DNA of 43,265 bases from Archangiaceae bacterium (GTDB lineage: Bacteria; Myxococcota; Myxococcia; Myxococcales; Myxococcaceae), in assembly GCA_043750125.1 (NCBI GenBank), contig JAYVCD010000014.1:1-43265 (forward strand). The letters run 5' to 3'. The translations under genes were made by a program, and so were the position numbers. Below are positions 8,528-18,781 of the stretch, one piece after another. A model generated the notes under the pieces. The model did no database searches. It had not been told where the DNA came from and saw nothing but the letters and a program-made list of their open reading frames with translations. Within the stretch, counting starts at the first letter, position 1; every line of letters begins with the position of its first letter.

Positions 8528-11500
8528 TCAGACGCTGAGCAACACTCCACGCGCGGGCTGCCCGGTCGCCTTCGCGATCGCCCGAACGTAGACGGACACC
8601 TGGGCTTCGTACTCAGGCAGGCGCCCGGCGAGCTCTACGTCGGTCTTGAAATCGATGACCACCCACCCGTCTTCCCCGAGGAAGGCGAGGTCGATGATCC
8701 CTTCGGCCAGCGTTCCATCGTCCAGCCGCAGCGACACCGGGCTCTCGCGGCGCACCCCGCCACTCTTAGCCGCGGCCTGAAGAAGCGGGTGGCGCAGCGC
8801 GGACGCGACCGCCTCGTTTGCCGAGCGCACTTCATCGTCGGCGCAACCGAGCAAGCGCGCCTTGAGCTTCACCACGTTGGCAATCTGGCCGACCGTCGCG
8901 TCCAGAGGCACCTCGGCCAGCGCGCCGTGCACCAGCGCCCCGAAGCGCCGGCCGCTGGGTCGGCTTCCCCGGTCGAGGTCGCTGGCCTGGTGCTCGAGGG
9001 TCGCAGCCGGCTGCCCTTCGACTTCGCGCGCGGTGATCACCCGCATCGAAGGAACCGAGCCGCACTCGAGGTTCTTCGCCCTTCCCTGGTGCCATGCCTG
9101 GAAGCTCGCGACCCCCGCCGCGGCGTTGGTCCCCTCGGCGTCTTCGCGCAGCACTTCGTCCTGCTGCAGCCCGGTGGTGGGCGCCTTGTCCAGCTCGAGC
9201 ACGGCAGGATCCCACCACACCACTTCGTGTCCGCCCGCTTCGGCGGTGTGGAGCCCGGGCATCACCGACACCCCAAACGCCGCGCGCTCAGGGCGGTCGA
9301 TCACGCTCTGAGGTCCAAACCTGGGACACCCGGCAGCGACTCGTGCCGAGCGCGAATCTTCCGGCCGGGGATAAAGGACGGGGTGAAGGACGTCGACCCA
9401 CCCTTCCTGCCGGGCGTCGCCCACCACAGGAACCACCAGCAGATCTCGCGCGCGCGTCGCGGCGACGTAGACGAGGCGAATCGATTCTTCGCGCTCGCGC
9501 CGCAGCACTTCGGCCGACTGTTCGTTGAGCTCGACCGGGCTGCAGCCCGCCAGCGGCTCGGCCCACAGCTTCAACTCGGGGTCGACCCAGTGCGACGGGT
9601 TTCGGCGGCCCGAGTGCGGAGCGGTCGGGTCGGCGAGGATCACCACCGGAAATTCGAGCCCCTTGGCCCCATGAACGGTCATCACCCGGACGCCTTCACT
9701 GCCTTCTTCGACGATCGGCGCTTCGGCGGCGGTGGCCCCTTCGGCGCCGGCGTGAAGCCGGTCGATGAAGGCGCGAAATGAGCGACCGCCGGAAGCCTCG
9801 AACCGCCGTGACAAATCGGTCAACTGAGCCAGGTTGGCCAGCGCCTGGTCTCCCGCGGTCCAGAACGCGACCCCGGCATGGGCTCGGGTGGCCTCGAGCA
9901 ACTGGGCGATGGTGTCGGCGATCGGGCGCTTGTTGCGACCGTTGTGCAGCGCCTTGAGCACCGCGAGCCCTTCGGACACCTCGAGCGCGGCGGTCGGAAA
10001 CGCTTCGGTCTGCAACGGCCGCAACGGGTGCAGCTTTCCCGCAGCGGCGCGGAAGGTGAGCAGCGCATCGTCCGACAGCGCAAACAGGGGCCCCCGCAGC
10101 GTCGCGTAGACCGACAGCTCGTCGTCGGGCCATTCGACGGCGGTGAGCGCGTTGCGCAGCGCGAGCACTTCTTCGCGGGCATGAAACGAGCGTCCTCCGA
10201 CGAGCACGTGCGAAATGCGGCGGGCCTCGAGCGCGCGGGTGTAGCGCAAGGTCACGTCGGCGCCTTCCCAGCCCTTGAAGCGCTTGAACAAGATGCAGAT
10301 GTGTTGCGGCGCAATCGGCACCGGTTGGGGCGAGCCCGCTTCCATCACCGTCCACCCGCTCTTGCGAACGAGGAAGTCGATGAACGCACCGACGGCATCG
10401 GGGTAGGACTCTTCGATGCTCTGGTTGGTAATTTTCCCGTAGTGCGCGTAGGGCTGGGGCACGGGCAACGCAATCAGCGAAGGCTGGTGCGCGATGGGCG
10501 CGCGGTACTGGGTCAGCGGGACGTAGCGCGCCTGGGTCGCAGTGCCCTCGCCCATCTGGGCCGAGAAGGCGGCGTTGACGGCCTGCTGCACCGCGGGCGC
10601 GGCGCGGAAGCTGGTCGTCAAATCCAGCAGTACCGCCCCCGCGGAAAGGAGGCCGACTTTGATCCGCTGGTACAGCGCCACGTCGGCCCGACGAAATCGG
10701 TAAATCGACTGCTTCGGGTCGCCGACGATGAACAGCTTTCCCGCCACCGGCACCGCGTGCTCGGGGTCGCTGACCGAAGGGTCCGACGCCGCGAGCAGCC
10801 GCAAGATGTCGGCCTGCAGAGGATCGGTGTCCTGGAACTCGTCGACGAACAGGTGGGTGAAGCGCGCCTGCAGCTCGACCCGCACTTCGCGATTCTGCTG
10901 AAGCAGGTTTCGAAGGCGAAACATCAGGTCGAAGAAATCGAGCTTGCCCGAACGGGCCTTCACGTCTTCGTACGCGCCGACCAGGGGCAGCAGCTCGGCA
11001 TGAAGGCAGGCGGCGAGATCTGCATTGGCGCGGGTCAGCAACGCGTCGAGCTGAGCCTTGGTCGCGTCGCGCCGGGTGAGGACGTCGGCGCGAGACAGAC
11101 CGCGCGCGTAGTCGGCGCCCCAGCCCTTGTGCATCCAGCTGCGGTGGCGGGCCAGCTCGCCCAGCGCCGCCTCGAGCCCGTCGTAGTCGCGCTCGGCGAC
11201 GGCTTCGCGGTGATCGAGATCCATCACGAAGCGATGAACTTCGGCCAGGTTGCCTCGCAGGTAGTCGTCGGCGGCGCCCAGGGCGGCGAGCTCCCCGAGC
11301 TCACGCAGCGAAGGAATGAGCAGCTCGAGTTCCATGTCGCGATCGAACGGGTCTCGCCGCCAGGCCCCGGTGAAGTCGCGGTGGTCGACCAGCCGCAGCG
11401 CCGCGTTGCGCAGCAGCTGGCGCGGGCTCAGCTGGTCGCGCCGTCGGGATCTGCGCCGCAACAGCCGACGTACTCCTTCCGAGGGAGCCCGAAGGGTTTG

Positions 11501-11947
11501 AGGAAACCAACCCTCGAAGGCGGCGTCGAGCAGCGCGCCAGAGTCTTCGTCGGCGGCGATCTCGAACAGGGGATCAATGCCGGCCTCGACCGGATGCTCG
11601 CGCAGCAAATCGGCACAGACTTCGTGAATGGTCGCGATCCGTGCGACTTCGAGCTCAGCGAGGGCGCCTTCCAGCCGCGCGTGCTCGGCCGAGCCCACGC
11701 TCGCGGCCAGCCGCGCATCTTCGAGGGCCTGCCGCAGCCGCAGCTTCATTTCGCCGGCCGCCTTCTGGGTGAAAGTGACCGCGATGATCGTCCCCAGCGT
11801 TGCTCCGTGGTGACCCTGCGCGACGACGGCCACGATTCGACCGACGAGCGCGGTGGTCTTCCCAGTGCCGGCGGCGGCCTCGACCACCAGCGTGGCGTCG
11901 AGATCCTCTGCGATGCGCCGGCGCGCTTCGTGGTCGGCGAGGATCAT
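8528..11947 (-). CDS. addA: AddA-like UvrD helicase/nuclease
   Basis: Walker A AAAGTGKT, TFTQKAA, VDEFQD, VGDPKQSIYRFRRAD, MTVHGAKGLEF, YVAATRARD and a C-terminal RecB-type nuclease (GIIDL...IDFKTD...Q..Y). Confidence 0.93.
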   Translation of the reverse strand: MILADHEARRRIAEDLDATLVVEAAAGTGKTTALVGRIVAVVAQGHHGATLGTIIAVTFTQKAAGEMKLRLRQALEDARLAASVGSAEHARLEGALAELEVARIATIHEVCADLLREHPVEAGIDPLFEIAADEDSGALLDAAFEGWFPQTLRAPSEGVRRLLRRRSRRRDQLSPRQLLRNAALRLVDHRDFTGAWRRDPFDRDMELELLIPSLRELGELAALGAADDYLRGNLAEVHRFVMDLDHREAVAERDYDGLEAALGELARHRSWMHKGWGADYARGLSRADVLTRRDATKAQLDALLTRANADLAACLHAELLPLVGAYEDVKARSGKLDFFDLMFRLRNLLQQNREVRVELQARFTHLFVDEFQDTDPLQADILRLLAASDPSVSDPEHAVPVAGKLFIVGDPKQSIYRFRRADVALYQRIKVGLLSAGAVLLDLTTSFRAAPAVQQAVNAAFSAQMGEGTATQARYVPLTQYRAPIAHQPSLIALPVPQPYAHYGKITNQSIEESYPDAVGAFIDFLVRKSGWTVMEAGSPQPVPIAPQHICILFKRFKGWEGADVTLRYTRALEARRISHVLVGGRSFHAREEVLALRNALTAVEWPDDELSVYATLRGPLFALSDDALLTFRAAAGKLHPLRPLQTEAFPTAALEVSEGLAVLKALHNGRNKRPIADTIAQLLEATRAHAGVAFWTAGDQALANLAQLTDLSRRFEASGGRSFRAFIDRLHAGAEGATAAEAPIVEEGSEGVRVMTVHGAKGLEFPVVILADPTAPHSGRRNPSHWVDPELKLWAEPLAGCSPVELNEQSAEVLRREREESIRLVYVAATRARDLLVVPVVGDARQEGWVDVLHPVLYPRPEDSRSARVAAGCPRFGPQSVIDRPERAAFGVSVMPGLHTAEAGGHEVVWWDPAVLELDKAPTTGLQQDEVLREDAEGTNAAAGVASFQAWHQGRAKNLECGSVPSMRVITAREVEGQPAATLEHQASDLDRGSRPSGRRFGALVHGALAEVPLDATVGQIANVVKLKARLLGCADDEVRSANEAVASALRHPLLQAAAKSGGVRRESPVSLRLDDGTLAEGIIDLAFLGEDGWVVIDFKTDVELAGRLPEYEAQVSVYVRAIAKATGQPARGVLLSV

Positions 11948-14900
11948 TTCATTCCCCTCAGCTGATCGAGTGCTTCGAGCTCGACGCGCGATTTGTTTCG
12001 CACCCGGCGTTCTTCGTAAGCGCCGCAAATCGACTTGTAGTCACACCAGGTGCATTCGTCTTTGGCCGGAGCTGCGGGCAGAAATCCGTTTTGCAGCGCG
12101 GTGCCGACGACTTCGATCGCGCGGCGGGCCGAAGAGCGGGTGACCGGGTCGAGCGGAATGAAGACCTCGCTGAAACCGCCGGCCTGGGTGCAGTAGTACA
12201 GCCGGCCCCCCTCGACTTTGACGTCGGGGAAGATTTTCTCGAGCGCGAGGGCGTAGAGGGCGGGCTGAAGGGTCTTGCCTCCGCCGAGCACCATTCCGGC
12301 TTCGGCGCGGGCTTTGCCGGTTTTGTAATCGGTGGCGCGCAGTGCTCCGGACGGGCTGCGCTCGACCAGGTCGATCGAGCCCCGCAGGGTGACTCCGACT
12401 TCGAGCTTCGCGGGCTCGGCCTGACTCTGGGGATCCTGCTGGTCTCGATTCGCGAGCCCGAACGCCAGCTCGTATTTCCACGGTTTCCACTGCGCAGCCG
12501 TGTTCACGGTTCGCCGCAGCCACTCGCGCACGTCGGCGCTGATCGCCACCAGCGCGTCGTCCCAGACGCGATCGATGGCGGGGGCAAAGTTGTCCTTGTG
12601 GTGATCGGCGACCTTTCTCAAGACCGAATCGATCTCGGTGAGCGCTTCGTCGAGGTGCGCCGCGTCCAGCGGGACGCCCTTCTCGCGCAGCGCGGTCAAC
12701 ACTCCATACTGGACCTCGTGGACGATCGACCCCCGCTGCAGTGGGTCGAGATCTTCGATTTCCACCGGCTCTTCGCGCGGCGACAGCCTGACGATCGCGC
12801 TGAGAAAGAATCGATACGGACAGGCGGCGAAGTGTTGCAACGCGGTGGCCGAGAACGAGCGGGCCGACAACTGATGGGGGCCCAGGGCCGCCAGGGCTTC
12901 GGCCGAGGGTTTGACCAGCCCGTCGGCAGAGGTCCACGCCCGCTGCCACCGCTGGTAACGCATGCGAAGAGCGCGGGCCAGGAAGCGGTTTCCAGAAGTG
13001 AGGTAGCGGGCCGCACCGCGCGGGGCAGGCGTGGGGGACCTGAAGAGCCCATCGAGCACCGACAAATCTCGCTCGGCAATGTCGATCGCCGAGGCGGGGT
13101 CCCTCGGAGCTGGCCACCCGATTCGCGCTTCGACCGCGCGCTCGGCCCGACGGCGCAGCTCTTCGTAGCGGGGCAGCGTCCCTTCGGCGGCGCGCAGTGC
13201 CTCGAGGCCGTAGAAGGAAGGCACGCGCGGCCGGCCTTCGTGAACGTCGAGGCGGGGGTACGAGAGAATGACGCGCGAGGTGGCGGCCCCTACGGCCAGC
13301 TGCAGCTGGAGGCGTTCGGCGGCGACCCGGTCGGGGTCGGTCTGCAGCGCAGGGCCGAGCCGGCGACGTTCGGGGTCGGGAGCGATCGGGTCCTCGCGAA
13401 CTTTCTGGGGGAAAATTCTTTCGGCGAGGCCGGGGACGAAGACCGCCTCGAAGCGCATCCCGCGCGCGGCGTCGATCGGGCCGACGAAGACCCGTCCGAA
13501 GCGGCGGGCCGGCGAAGGCTGGGTGAGCTCGAGCAGCCGCTGCGAGAGCACCAGGCGCACTTCGCGAAGGCCGACCGGGCCGACGACTCCCAGCGGAGCG
13601 AGCTCGGCCAACAGCGACAGCACCCGCTGGGGATGACGAAGCGACCGGGTGGAAAGCTCGGTCAATCGGTCGAGCCATTCGTTCCAGGCGGCGGACTTCG
13701 GCAGCGCGGCCAGCAGGTCGAGCAACGGAAGCGCGTACTCGCGAAAGGCCTTCAAGTCGGCGAGCGCTTTGGTGAGCCGCAGCGCGTTGGCTTCGCTCAC
13801 GTCGGGCGCAGCGAGCTCGAGCTTGAACTTTTCTTTGAGCCCATTGAGCCGGCGTTCCCAGCGGGCGCGGCCTCCAATCACCGCGGCATCGACGAGCAGC
13901 TGTTCCCACCGCCGCGGGGCCCGCAGGGTACCGGCGACGACGGGCGCATCGGGCGCGGGCTCTTCGTCTGCGATTTCGGGCTCGAGGGGTTCGGGCGCGC
14001 GCGCCTGCTCGGCGAGGTCGGAATCGACGGGCTCCCAGCGCACGGGCGGCGCAGGAGGAGGCGTGCCGTCGGCCTGGGCGGGCGGCACTTCACCCAACGA
14101 GAGGTACTCGGCAAAGCGACTGGCCGACAAGCCGTCTTCTGCGCACGCGAGCAACGACAGCAAGGCGCGCCCTGCGGGGTCGGGCGCCCGGATTCCATGC
14201 GCGCAGTAGGCGGGCACTCCGGCGCGGCGCAGGGCCTCGTACATCGGGGCGCGGTAGGGGCCGGGGGCGCGCAGCAGTACGGCGATCTGATCAAACGGTA
14301 CGCCCCCTGCCGCCACCTGCTGGATTTTTCGCGCGACCTCGACGCACTCGCGCAGCTCGCCCGGAGCCGAGAGCATCGTTACGTCTTCGCCCGGTGCTCC
14401 GGTCGGCAGTTGCCCGGCGCGAAAGAGGTTCTGTTGAAGGCGGGTCAGCGCGGTGGTGCTGGGAAGATGGGCGGTGGTCGCTTTGATCCCCAGGGCCTTC
14501 TCGAGCAGAGCCACCGAGCGTTCGTCGCCCGCCGGGACGGTCGCGAGCCACTGGGTGGAATGAGACGCAAGCGCGGACACCAGCTCGCGCTCGAGCTCAG
14601 AGGCAAGCGCCACGTCGAGCAGCAAGGTGGGCAATCGGCACAGCGGGTGGGCACCGCGCGAAATTTCAGACACGGCCAGGCGCAGAACGATCGCGCCATC
14701 GGCCAGGCCGGCCTCGAGCAGCGCCGCATCGAAGGCGGTGGCAGCGACGCAGAGATCGGCATCGAGCGCGTCATTCGAAATGCCGCCCTGCCGCGTCTCT
14801 TCGACCGTGCGGGCGAGCGCGCGGGGCAAGCCGGGCTGTCCGGCGACCGGGGCAAAGCGGCCAAGCTTTCCCTTCTGGTTCAGCTGGTAGACGACGCGGA

Positions 14901-15228
14901 TCCAGAGGGCTTCGAGGGACAGGGGCGTGGCGGGAGTGAGGCCCGCTTCGAGCAGCCCACGCTCAGCGAGGCTGAGGCACAGGCGCCGCAGCGACAGCCG
15001 GTTCCAACCGAACGTCGCTCCGCCTTTGCGGGTGAAGGTGCGAACGAGATCCGAGGCCCCCTCGACGCTGCCTCCGACGAGCAGCAGCTCAGAAAAAGCC
15101 GCACGATGAGAAAGCCACTGTTCGGCCTGCTCGACTCGAAGCGCAGCGGACGACGAGATGAAGATGCTGCGAGACACAACAGGGCCTTTATCCCATGTGA
15201 CCCTGACGGAAGCGGTCGGCGGCGGCAT
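11944..15228 (-). CDS. addB: AddB-like PD-(D/E)XK nuclease with Fe-S cysteines
   Basis: SATALQHFAACPY, RGSIDLVE...DYKTG...Q..Y and CTWCDYKSIC; overlaps the addA start. True start may be GTG 15177. Confidence 0.9.
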   Translation of the reverse strand: MPPPTASVRVTWDKGPVVSRSIFISSSAALRVEQAEQWLSHRAAFSELLLVGGSVEGASDLVRTFTRKGGATFGWNRLSLRRLCLSLAERGLLEAGLTPATPLSLEALWIRVVYQLNQKGKLGRFAPVAGQPGLPRALARTVEETRQGGISNDALDADLCVAATAFDAALLEAGLADGAIVLRLAVSEISRGAHPLCRLPTLLLDVALASELERELVSALASHSTQWLATVPAGDERSVALLEKALGIKATTAHLPSTTALTRLQQNLFRAGQLPTGAPGEDVTMLSAPGELRECVEVARKIQQVAAGGVPFDQIAVLLRAPGPYRAPMYEALRRAGVPAYCAHGIRAPDPAGRALLSLLACAEDGLSASRFAEYLSLGEVPPAQADGTPPPAPPVRWEPVDSDLAEQARAPEPLEPEIADEEPAPDAPVVAGTLRAPRRWEQLLVDAAVIGGRARWERRLNGLKEKFKLELAAPDVSEANALRLTKALADLKAFREYALPLLDLLAALPKSAAWNEWLDRLTELSTRSLRHPQRVLSLLAELAPLGVVGPVGLREVRLVLSQRLLELTQPSPARRFGRVFVGPIDAARGMRFEAVFVPGLAERIFPQKVREDPIAPDPERRRLGPALQTDPDRVAAERLQLQLAVGAATSRVILSYPRLDVHEGRPRVPSFYGLEALRAAEGTLPRYEELRRRAERAVEARIGWPAPRDPASAIDIAERDLSVLDGLFRSPTPAPRGAARYLTSGNRFLARALRMRYQRWQRAWTSADGLVKPSAEALAALGPHQLSARSFSATALQHFAACPYRFFLSAIVRLSPREEPVEIEDLDPLQRGSIVHEVQYGVLTALREKGVPLDAAHLDEALTEIDSVLRKVADHHKDNFAPAIDRVWDDALVAISADVREWLRRTVNTAAQWKPWKYELAFGLANRDQQDPQSQAEPAKLEVGVTLRGSIDLVERSPSGALRATDYKTGKARAEAGMVLGGGKTLQPALYALALEKIFPDVKVEGGRLYYCTQAGGFSEVFIPLDPVTRSSARRAIEVVGTALQNGFLPAAPAKDECTWCDYKSICGAYEERRVRNKSRVELEALDQLRGMK

Positions 15229-15332
15229 GGGTACAATTCGGTAACTTTTTTCAAGTTCCCAGCAGCGCTCAGTGCCTTTCCGCCCACTTCGGCGGGGGAA
15301 GTTGTGCCATCTCTTCGGTCCCCAACTGGAGA

Positions 15333-15779
15333 ATGACGATGCGATTGAAGCTGCCCCGAAGGACGATGCCGCTGCTCGCAGGTGTGTCGATTCTGGTGGC
15401 GTCGGCAGCTTTGGGAGAGCCGGGTGCTGCCCCCCTCGCCTGTCAGTTACTGCCCGCGGAAAAGTGGAGCAGCGTCCTGGGCTACCCGGCCACCACGGAG
15501 GCCGGCGATGGGTTTTGCACCTATTCGAGCCCGGACAAGAGCCGGGGCGGGCAGCTGAGAATCATCGCGGTGGTCGGCTCGAGCGCTGAAGCCGAAGCCA
15601 CCGTGAAGCGGATGAGGGAGCACCAGGCCAGAAGCCGTCACACCGCGGGCCTGAGTGAAATCGAGTCGCAGGGCAAGGTGGTGTTTTCGGTTGCGGTCTT
15701 CCAGGCGGCGCCGACGGCCCAGACCGGGGGACAGCTGAAGCAGTTGGCCGCCGCGGTGAAGCAGCAACTGACGAAGTGA
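15333..15779 (+). CDS. Hypothetical secreted protein
   Basis: Signal peptide and a Cys pair (ACQLL...FCTY); GGAG upstream of the ATG. Confidence 0.65.
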   Translation: MTMRLKLPRRTMPLLAGVSILVASAALGEPGAAPLACQLLPAEKWSSVLGYPATTEAGDGFCTYSSPDKSRGGQLRIIAVVGSSAEAEATVKRMREHQARSRHTAGLSEIESQGKVVFSVAVFQAAPTAQTGGQLKQLAAAVKQQLTK

Positions 15780-15812
15780 CGCCCAACCGACGTTCGAGAT
15801 GCCTGTCGTGGA

Positions 15813-16103
15813 TCATCGGGCTGATCGTGGTGTGGAAAGGTGCGATCCGATCGGCGAACGAGTCGACACCCTCCGCGTAGGTGTCGAGAAACAGTCGCTC
15901 AACCAGCGCAGCGCGGCCGCTTCATCGCGTGGGGTGTTGAGAAACCGCACCCAGGCTTGTTGCTCGTGCCAGGCCGGCACCAATTCCCAGACGCAAAATG
16001 TGGCCTTGTGCGATCCATCGCGGGGGAAGAGCTCGAATCCGGCCATCGTCTGGTCCTTGTAAAAGACCGTTTCCCACAGCTCATTCGAGCCGCGCCAGGT
16101 CCG
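15813..16103 (-). pseudogene. 5'-truncated remnant of a conserved hypothetical protein
   Basis: Frame reads TWRGSNELWETVFYKDQTMAGFELFPRDGSHKATFCVWELVPAWHEQQAWVRFL, with an in-frame TAA just upstream and no start before the conserved-looking block. Family resemblance (CVWEL...HE..AW) is from memory only. Confidence 0.5.
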
Positions 16104-16170
16104 TCCAGGCTCGTACGTTGGTTAATTAATCGTAGAGGGGGACGAAGAGAGCGTTGGCGCGGCTCGCCGC

Positions 16171-17640
16171 TCACTGGCTGACGCGCGCGAAGTCGACGAA
16201 CCCGCGCTCGACGCTGGTGCTGACCAGCAAGACGCGAAGGTGATCGCCGACATCGAGCCCTCTCACGTCGCCGACGAGCTTGCCTTCGGCGGCGGGCGCA
16301 GTGATGCGCACCCAGGTGCCTTTGGGCGAGGCGCCGGTGACGATCGCGTCGAACTGCTGGCCCACCCGCGAAGCCAACAGCGCGGCGGCGGCCGACTTGC
16401 GCACCTGTCGCTCGACTTTGGTGGCTGCATCTTCCTGCGCGGTGCAGTGCGCGGCGAGGCTCGCAAGCTCTGGGCCTGAATACGCCGGCGGCGAGCCCGC
16501 CAGCGTGGCCTTCACCTGTCGCTGGGTCAGCAGATCCGGGAAACGTCGATTGGGCGCCGTCGAGTGCGCGTAGTCCTTCACTGCAAGCCCGAAGTGACCC
16601 GACACGGTCTGGCCCGGCAGCTCGACGGCGTATTCGCCGCGGCCGAGGAGCTTGATGACCGAGAGCGAGAGATCGGCAAACCGCGCAGGGTCGGCCACCC
16701 TTCGAAGATCCAGAAACTTCGAGAGCGCCACCGCGTCGGGCGCGGGGGGCAACTTCTCGCCGAGCGCCTGCGCCAGCTCGACGATCCGCGCCCAACGCTC
16801 GGGCGAACGCAGCACCCGCCGCATCGAGGGGACCTTCTGGCGCTCGAGATGGGCGGCCACCACCCCGTTGGCGGCGATCATGAAGTCCTCGATCAGCTCG
16901 GTCGCCCGGTTTTTTCCTTCAGCCCGCAGGTCGGTCAGCACCTCGCCGTCGAACACCGGCCGCGCCTCGAGGCTCTCGAGCCCCAGCGCTCCCTGTTCGT
17001 GCCGTCGGCCCTTCAGCGCTTCGGCAACCGTCAGCTGCAACTTCAGCTGGGCGTCGAGCCCGGGCACTGCGGTCAGGCGGGCCGGAGCGGGGCCTCCTTC
17101 GAACCAGGCCGCGAGGCTGCGGTACGCAAGCTTCGCCTTGTTGTGGACCCACGCCCGGTACACCGAAGAGGCGCCGATGACTCCGTGCGTGTCGACCGCC
17201 ATGTCGACGACCACCGCCAACCGGTCGACCCCCTCGTTCAGCGAAGTGAGATCGGTCGAGAGCCGCTCGGGCAGCATCGGGAAAATCTGAGCCGCGGTGT
17301 AGACCGAGGTGGTGTTCGCTTCGGCGTGAGCGTCGATCGCGGTGCCCCTCTTCACCAGTGCGTCCACATCGGCGATGGCGACGAGAATGCGCACCGAGCC
17401 CGCGCTGCTCTCAGCGACGGTCAGTTGGTCGAGGTCTCGCGAGTCGTCGTTGTCGATTGACGCCCACAACAGCGAACGCAGATCTTTGATCGCGGGGTCG
17501 GGGCTGGGCGCGACGGGGGACAGCGCCTTGAGCTGCGCAATCGCCGCGGGCGAGAAGTCGGGCAGCAACCCGCGCTCGGTCATCGCCCGGCGGGCGATCG
17601 CCTGCAGTTGATTCCTGGTGGATCCGGAAGAGGGGTTCAT
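16171..17640 (-). CDS. RNB-domain exoribonuclease (short RNase II/R family) with C-terminal S1-like domain
   Basis: SIDNDDSRDLDQ, VAIADV, TSVY, LIEDFMIAAN, HFGL, YAHSTAPNRRFPDL. Confidence 0.92.
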   Translation of the reverse strand: MNPSSGSTRNQLQAIARRAMTERGLLPDFSPAAIAQLKALSPVAPSPDPAIKDLRSLLWASIDNDDSRDLDQLTVAESSAGSVRILVAIADVDALVKRGTAIDAHAEANTTSVYTAAQIFPMLPERLSTDLTSLNEGVDRLAVVVDMAVDTHGVIGASSVYRAWVHNKAKLAYRSLAAWFEGGPAPARLTAVPGLDAQLKLQLTVAEALKGRRHEQGALGLESLEARPVFDGEVLTDLRAEGKNRATELIEDFMIAANGVVAAHLERQKVPSMRRVLRSPERWARIVELAQALGEKLPPAPDAVALSKFLDLRRVADPARFADLSLSVIKLLGRGEYAVELPGQTVSGHFGLAVKDYAHSTAPNRRFPDLLTQRQVKATLAGSPPAYSGPELASLAAHCTAQEDAATKVERQVRKSAAAALLASRVGQQFDAIVTGASPKGTWVRITAPAAEGKLVGDVRGLDVGDHLRVLLVSTSVERGFVDFARVSQ

Positions 17641-17696
17641 AGGCGAACGATACCAGCGTGCGCGAAATGCAAGTCCCTTCGCATTGGGGAAAGTCT
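17626..17696 (+). repeat. 71-bp direct repeat, copy 1
   Basis: 64/71 identical to 20193-20263 by manual alignment. Confidence 0.9.
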
Positions 17697-17755
17697 GGCT
17701 TGCGCGCCGTCAACCAGTCGCAAGGGAATTTTTGGGTCGGACTACAGTGCGCACA

Positions 17756-18781
17756 ATGCACAACCTGCTCGGTGTGGGGGCAAGAGCGTTTGTCCTTTGT
17801 AGTCTGGCCTGCGGCTCCGGCCAGGCCGGGAAACCCGGGGTCCTCGACCCGGCGGTGATCGGAGCACAGCCAGCTCCTCGCCTGAAGGACGGAGGCTTCA
17901 GCGCCCCGACCTTCTCGGTCTTCATCGCAGCCCGGGACGGCGCAGGGGTCTATGGCGCGCCGGCCCCGGAAGATTTCGACGTTCAATGCGAGGCTGGCCC
18001 TTGCGCGCTCGTCAGCGCCCGGCGCATCGCAGGCAGCAAAGAAGGCGTGCTGGCGGTGGTCGTCGATGACTCGTTCTCCAACATCGCGATGCCGTCGGTC
18101 TGCACCGGCTGCCCCACTGACCCGCAAGGGAAACGCGTCGTCGCGGTGAAGCGGCTGTTCCGCGTGCTGCTCGACCGCGCCCCGAAGTGGCGAATCGGGT
18201 TGTTCGACTTCGGCCCGGTCTCTACGCCGACCTTCCGTTCAACCCGCTTCATCGCCGGCTACACCTCTCGAATCGAAGACCTCGAGCAGGGCGCCGATCT
18301 GCTCAAGGCGGGCGGGGGTACCTTCCTCTACGACGCGCTGTATGCGGTGCCTGCGACCGCCATCGGCGAGCGGCACTTCAGCTTCCCCGACGCAGGCGGC
18401 CCGGTGCCGGTTCGAGTGCTGGTGGTTTCAGATGGAGAAGACACCCACTCGACCGCGAGCCTCGCGGCCGGCCTCGACGCGGGAATTTCCCAAGGAGTGC
18501 CATTCGACGCCGTCGGGTTTGGCCAGATCGATGGCGGCAGCACCCCGTACCTTGCCCCCAAGGCCTACAACGACTTGCGCACCTGCGCCTCTGCGACGGG
18601 AGGACTGGTGACGCTGGTCTCTTCCGACGCCCTGCCCGCACTGTTCGAGCAATTGGCTGAGATCTACGTTGCTGGGTACGTCGAGCTGGTGGTGCAGATC
18701 CCGGCCGTCGGCACGCCCCTCGTCTCTGGCAGCGTTGGTCTGAAGGGCAGTTCCACCCGCGCCGCATTCAACTTCCAATGA
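17756..18781 (+). CDS. vWA-domain putative lipoprotein
   Basis: Lipobox-like SLAC; MIDAS elements DDSFS, GGGT.LYDA and VSDGED. Confidence 0.82.
   Translation: MHNLLGVGARAFVLCSLACGSGQAGKPGVLDPAVIGAQPAPRLKDGGFSAPTFSVFIAARDGAGVYGAPAPEDFDVQCEAGPCALVSARRIAGSKEGVLAVVVDDSFSNIAMPSVCTGCPTDPQGKRVVAVKRLFRVLLDRAPKWRIGLFDFGPVSTPTFRSTRFIAGYTSRIEDLEQGADLLKAGGGTFLYDALYAVPATAIGERHFSFPDAGGPVPVRVLVVSDGEDTHSTASLAAGLDAGISQGVPFDAVGFGQIDGGSTPYLAPKAYNDLRTCASATGGLVTLVSSDALPALFEQLAEIYVAGYVELVVQIPAVGTPLVSGSVGLKGSSTRAAFNFQ

Noticed and set aside
8528-15228. Helicase-nuclease pair as an anti-phage system
   Set aside because: Motifs, Fe-S cysteines and gene order fit housekeeping AddAB.
11800-15336. 1178-aa plus-strand ORF (and 9878..11965)
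   Set aside because: Antisense to addB/addA, which carry clear motifs.
17425-17460. DLDQ instead of DLDD in the RNB active-site motif
   Set aside because: Three acidic residues remain and the rest of the domain is intact, so this is not evidence of inactivation.
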